Below are positions 25,660 to 27,659 of a DNA stretch of 27,659 bases, one piece after another. The notes below the pieces were generated by a model. It was not told where the DNA came from. It ran no database searches and was given only the letters and a program-made list of their open reading frames with translations. How positions within the stretch are numbered: position 1 is the first letter of the stretch; each line of letters starts with the position of its first letter. The DNA comes from a virus (lineage: Duplodnaviria > Caudoviricetes), in IMG/VR virus record IMGVR_UViG_3300047561_001022, positions 1 to 27,659 of that record; one strand, written 5' to 3'. Both the position numbers and the translations under genes were made by a program.

Positions 25660-26256
25660 ATGGCATATATAACTGCAGCTGATTTGCGATCATACATTGG
25701 TGCCACCAGCACGAGTGACGATACCCAATTAGGGTTTGCAGCCACGCGTGCACAATCAATGGTCGAAACATACACCAACCGTATTTTTGAATGCCCTACT
25801 GATACCACACGGTATTACAATGCACTTGATTTTCGGTATGGTGGCAACATTGATGCATTCAATAACACACTGCAATTGGATTTTGATTTGTGCCAGCTGA
25901 CGAGTATTTTGAATGGCAATGGTCAAAACATACCAACCAACGTAGTAGTGCTATTGCCTGCCAATTTCACGCCAGCGTATGCAATCAAGATACAAATGAA
26001 CACCAGCTACATCTGGACCTATACCGGCACACCAGATGTGGCAATTCAGGTTGTAGGAAGGTTTGCCTACTCGATCACGCCACCATCTGATATTGTGGCA
26101 GCGTGTTTGCGTCTAGGCAGTTTCATTTATCGGGCTCGCGAAGGTACACCTGATAGTGATCGCGCTATTCTCTCATCAGATGGCGTAATTCTGCAGGCAC
26201 CACGCATACCCACAGACGTACAGCAGACGCTGGAACCCTACAGGAAGCGTAGCTAA
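25660..26256 (+). CDS. Head-tail adaptor (gp6/gp15-like)
   Basis: YITAADLRSY, ETYTNR-x-F, P-x-DI-x-x-A, LEPYRK. Confidence 0.88.
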   Translation: MAYITAADLRSYIGATSTSDDTQLGFAATRAQSMVETYTNRIFECPTDTTRYYNALDFRYGGNIDAFNNTLQLDFDLCQLTSILNGNGQNIPTNVVVLLPANFTPAYAIKIQMNTSYIWTYTGTPDVAIQVVGRFAYSITPPSDIVAACLRLGSFIYRAREGTPDSDRAILSSDGVILQAPRIPTDVQQTLEPYRKRS

Positions 26257-26711
26257 TGGCCAGTAATATTGCAGCAATCATCACTGCTATTGCAGCACTC
26301 AATGTACAGCTATCGGCAATTACTGTGTTGGTGCGATCAGGTACCACACTAAAAGACAGTGAAGAGATTGGCGATTTGCCAACGCGAATTATTTCACCTG
26401 TTGGCATGACGTCACAACGCACAAAAGTGCAAACGTTAGGTGGCGCGGGCCACGTAATGAACACTGAATGGACCATTACTGATACCTGCTTATTGCGTGC
26501 AGTAGGCATGGGTTTGGGTTTGATGGATATTGCAGACGTGTATCAGGCATACATGGCTGCATACATTGAACAGGCACGCCAGCTATCAGGTCAAACATAC
26601 ACACTCACACTACTTACGCAACGTGCACAGGTAATTGAGTTTGTTACAGGATCAGGCCGAAACTATCACGGAGTTATATGCACACTCACATTTGTTGAAA
26701 TTGTGCAGTAA
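26256..26711 (+). CDS. Tail terminator / completion protein
   Basis: 151 aa, located immediately before the major tail gene. Confidence 0.6.
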   Translation: MASNIAAIITAIAALNVQLSAITVLVRSGTTLKDSEEIGDLPTRIISPVGMTSQRTKVQTLGGAGHVMNTEWTITDTCLLRAVGMGLGLMDIADVYQAYMAAYIEQARQLSGQTYTLTLLTQRAQVIEFVTGSGRNYHGVICTLTFVEIVQ

Positions 26712-26726
26712 AGGAGTATTACAGCC

Positions 26727-27173
26727 ATGGCACAAACTACAGGCGCAATGTCAGGAGCTGCAGCTACCATTAGCTACCAATCAGGTGGCACTGGTACCTA
26801 CACGGATATTTCAGGAAGCAGCCAATCAGTAGACGTGGTTACGCTAACCAAGATGACTGGCGAAGCATACACGTTTGATGGTAGCTATGCAGTGTTGACG
26901 GTTGGTAAAAATGAACCTATTGAAGTAGTAGTAAATGTGTTGTACACAGAATCTGTTACTGAAGGTTATTCGATTATGCTGACAGCATTTGAAGCAGGCA
27001 CGTTAATTTCACTTAAATGGATACCAGGTGGCAGTGCTTCTGGTGCAGATACCTATGCTACTAGTGCTGGTCAAATCACTGCTATCGATTTACCAGCAAT
27101 TGATGCATCAAGCGCGGGCCCCGTGATGTGTTCATTCACGTTGCGATGTGCAAGCGTTACTCACACCACCTAA
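26727..27173 (+). CDS. Major tail (tube) protein
   Basis: AAGGAG RBS, 148 aa beta-rich, precedes the chaperones and TMP. Confidence 0.82.
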   Translation: MAQTTGAMSGAAATISYQSGGTGTYTDISGSSQSVDVVTLTKMTGEAYTFDGSYAVLTVGKNEPIEVVVNVLYTESVTEGYSIMLTAFEAGTLISLKWIPGGSASGADTYATSAGQITAIDLPAIDASSAGPVMCSFTLRCASVTHTT

Positions 27174-27240
27174 TGATTATGCACAGTTTGCGTGGTTGGC
27201 AGTGCTAGCCACGCAACACTACTATAGGAGAACAACATAT

Positions 27241-27456
27241 ATGTACAGCATCGATGCAACGAAGTTAACTATTCGCGACGTGGCAAACCTTGTGAAGGCT
27301 GGCCAATCCAACAATTTAGATGCACTACTACCAATCATGAATAAGTGTGTTTTAGTAGATGACGGCCGCCTAGCAGAAGATTTGCCAGCCAATCATTTGG
27401 CACAAATCATCACTGCTATTGTCAGTCGTGTATCAGGTGAAACAAACCCAAAATAG
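27241..27456 (+). CDS. Tail assembly chaperone (second copy)
   Basis: One amino acid difference (T/V) from 253..468. Confidence 0.8.
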   Translation: MYSIDATKLTIRDVANLVKAGQSNNLDALLPIMNKCVLVDDGRLAEDLPANHLAQIITAIVSRVSGETNPK

Positions 27457-27458
27457 CA

Positions 27459-27644
27459 ATGGCATTGCGTGCACACCTATGGACCAAAGCACCAATGCCT
27501 ATTGAATACTTGGAATTAGTATTGTGTCGTGATGTGTATCACTGCACACCAGCGAACCTGCCAGACTGGCAAACCATTTCTGAACACTTGGCACTGATGG
27601 CTATTGAATCTGAAGTGAATGAACACAAGGCAAAGAAAAAATGA
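27459..27644 (+). CDS. gpT-like moiety (second copy)
   Basis: Protein identical to 471..656. Confidence 0.75.
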   Translation: MALRAHLWTKAPMPIEYLELVLCRDVYHCTPANLPDWQTISEHLALMAIESEVNEHKAKKK

Positions 27645-27659
27645 GTGATACCACCGTAC

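Larger units (their letters stand above)
1..27659 (+). mobile_element. Complete or near-complete tailed phage genome (siphovirus-like), circularly permuted, unit length ~26,985 bp
   Basis: Full set of head, tail, packaging, lysis and replication genes, all co-oriented. The window end re-enters the genes found at the start. Confidence 0.93.
26986..27659. repeat. Right copy of imperfect terminal direct repeat
   Basis: Aligns to 1..671. Confidence 0.95.

Noticed and set aside
1-27659. Alternative genetic code or tRNA genes
   Set aside because: Genes are intact in the standard code and use all three stop codons. No cloverleaf or T-loop motif was seen in the short intergenic regions.

Overview
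The window is an apparently complete, circularly permuted genome of a small tailed dsDNA phage with a siphovirus-like layout. Unit length is about 26,985 bp, with an imperfect ~670 bp overlap between the two ends. All credible genes are on the + strand. Gene order: tail module (chaperones with a CCCAAAA -1 frameshift, tape measure, distal tail, baseplate/receptor-binding proteins); a structured control region at 6.2-6.5 kb; small early genes including two ribbon-helix-helix proteins; an SSB-like protein; a primase-helicase followed by a GGTTTACA iteron/palindrome origin; a multi-HTH protein; a VRR-NUC-like nuclease; an accessory operon (lysozyme-like protein, three diverged paralogues of an unrecognised family, thyX); lysis genes; terminase; portal-MuF fusion; a head-module protein with a HiPIP-like 4-Cys domain; a protease-capsid fusion; neck genes; and the major tail gene. 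I see no integrase, CI-type repressor, tRNA, reverse transcriptase or CRISPR array. The host may be a monoderm such as Chloroflexota (weak inference; no spanins recognised). The best leads are the tandem paralogue array under an operator shared with the early promoter, the HiPIP-like head-module protein, and several possible recoding or alternative-start sites. All calls are by eye; no database searches were run.
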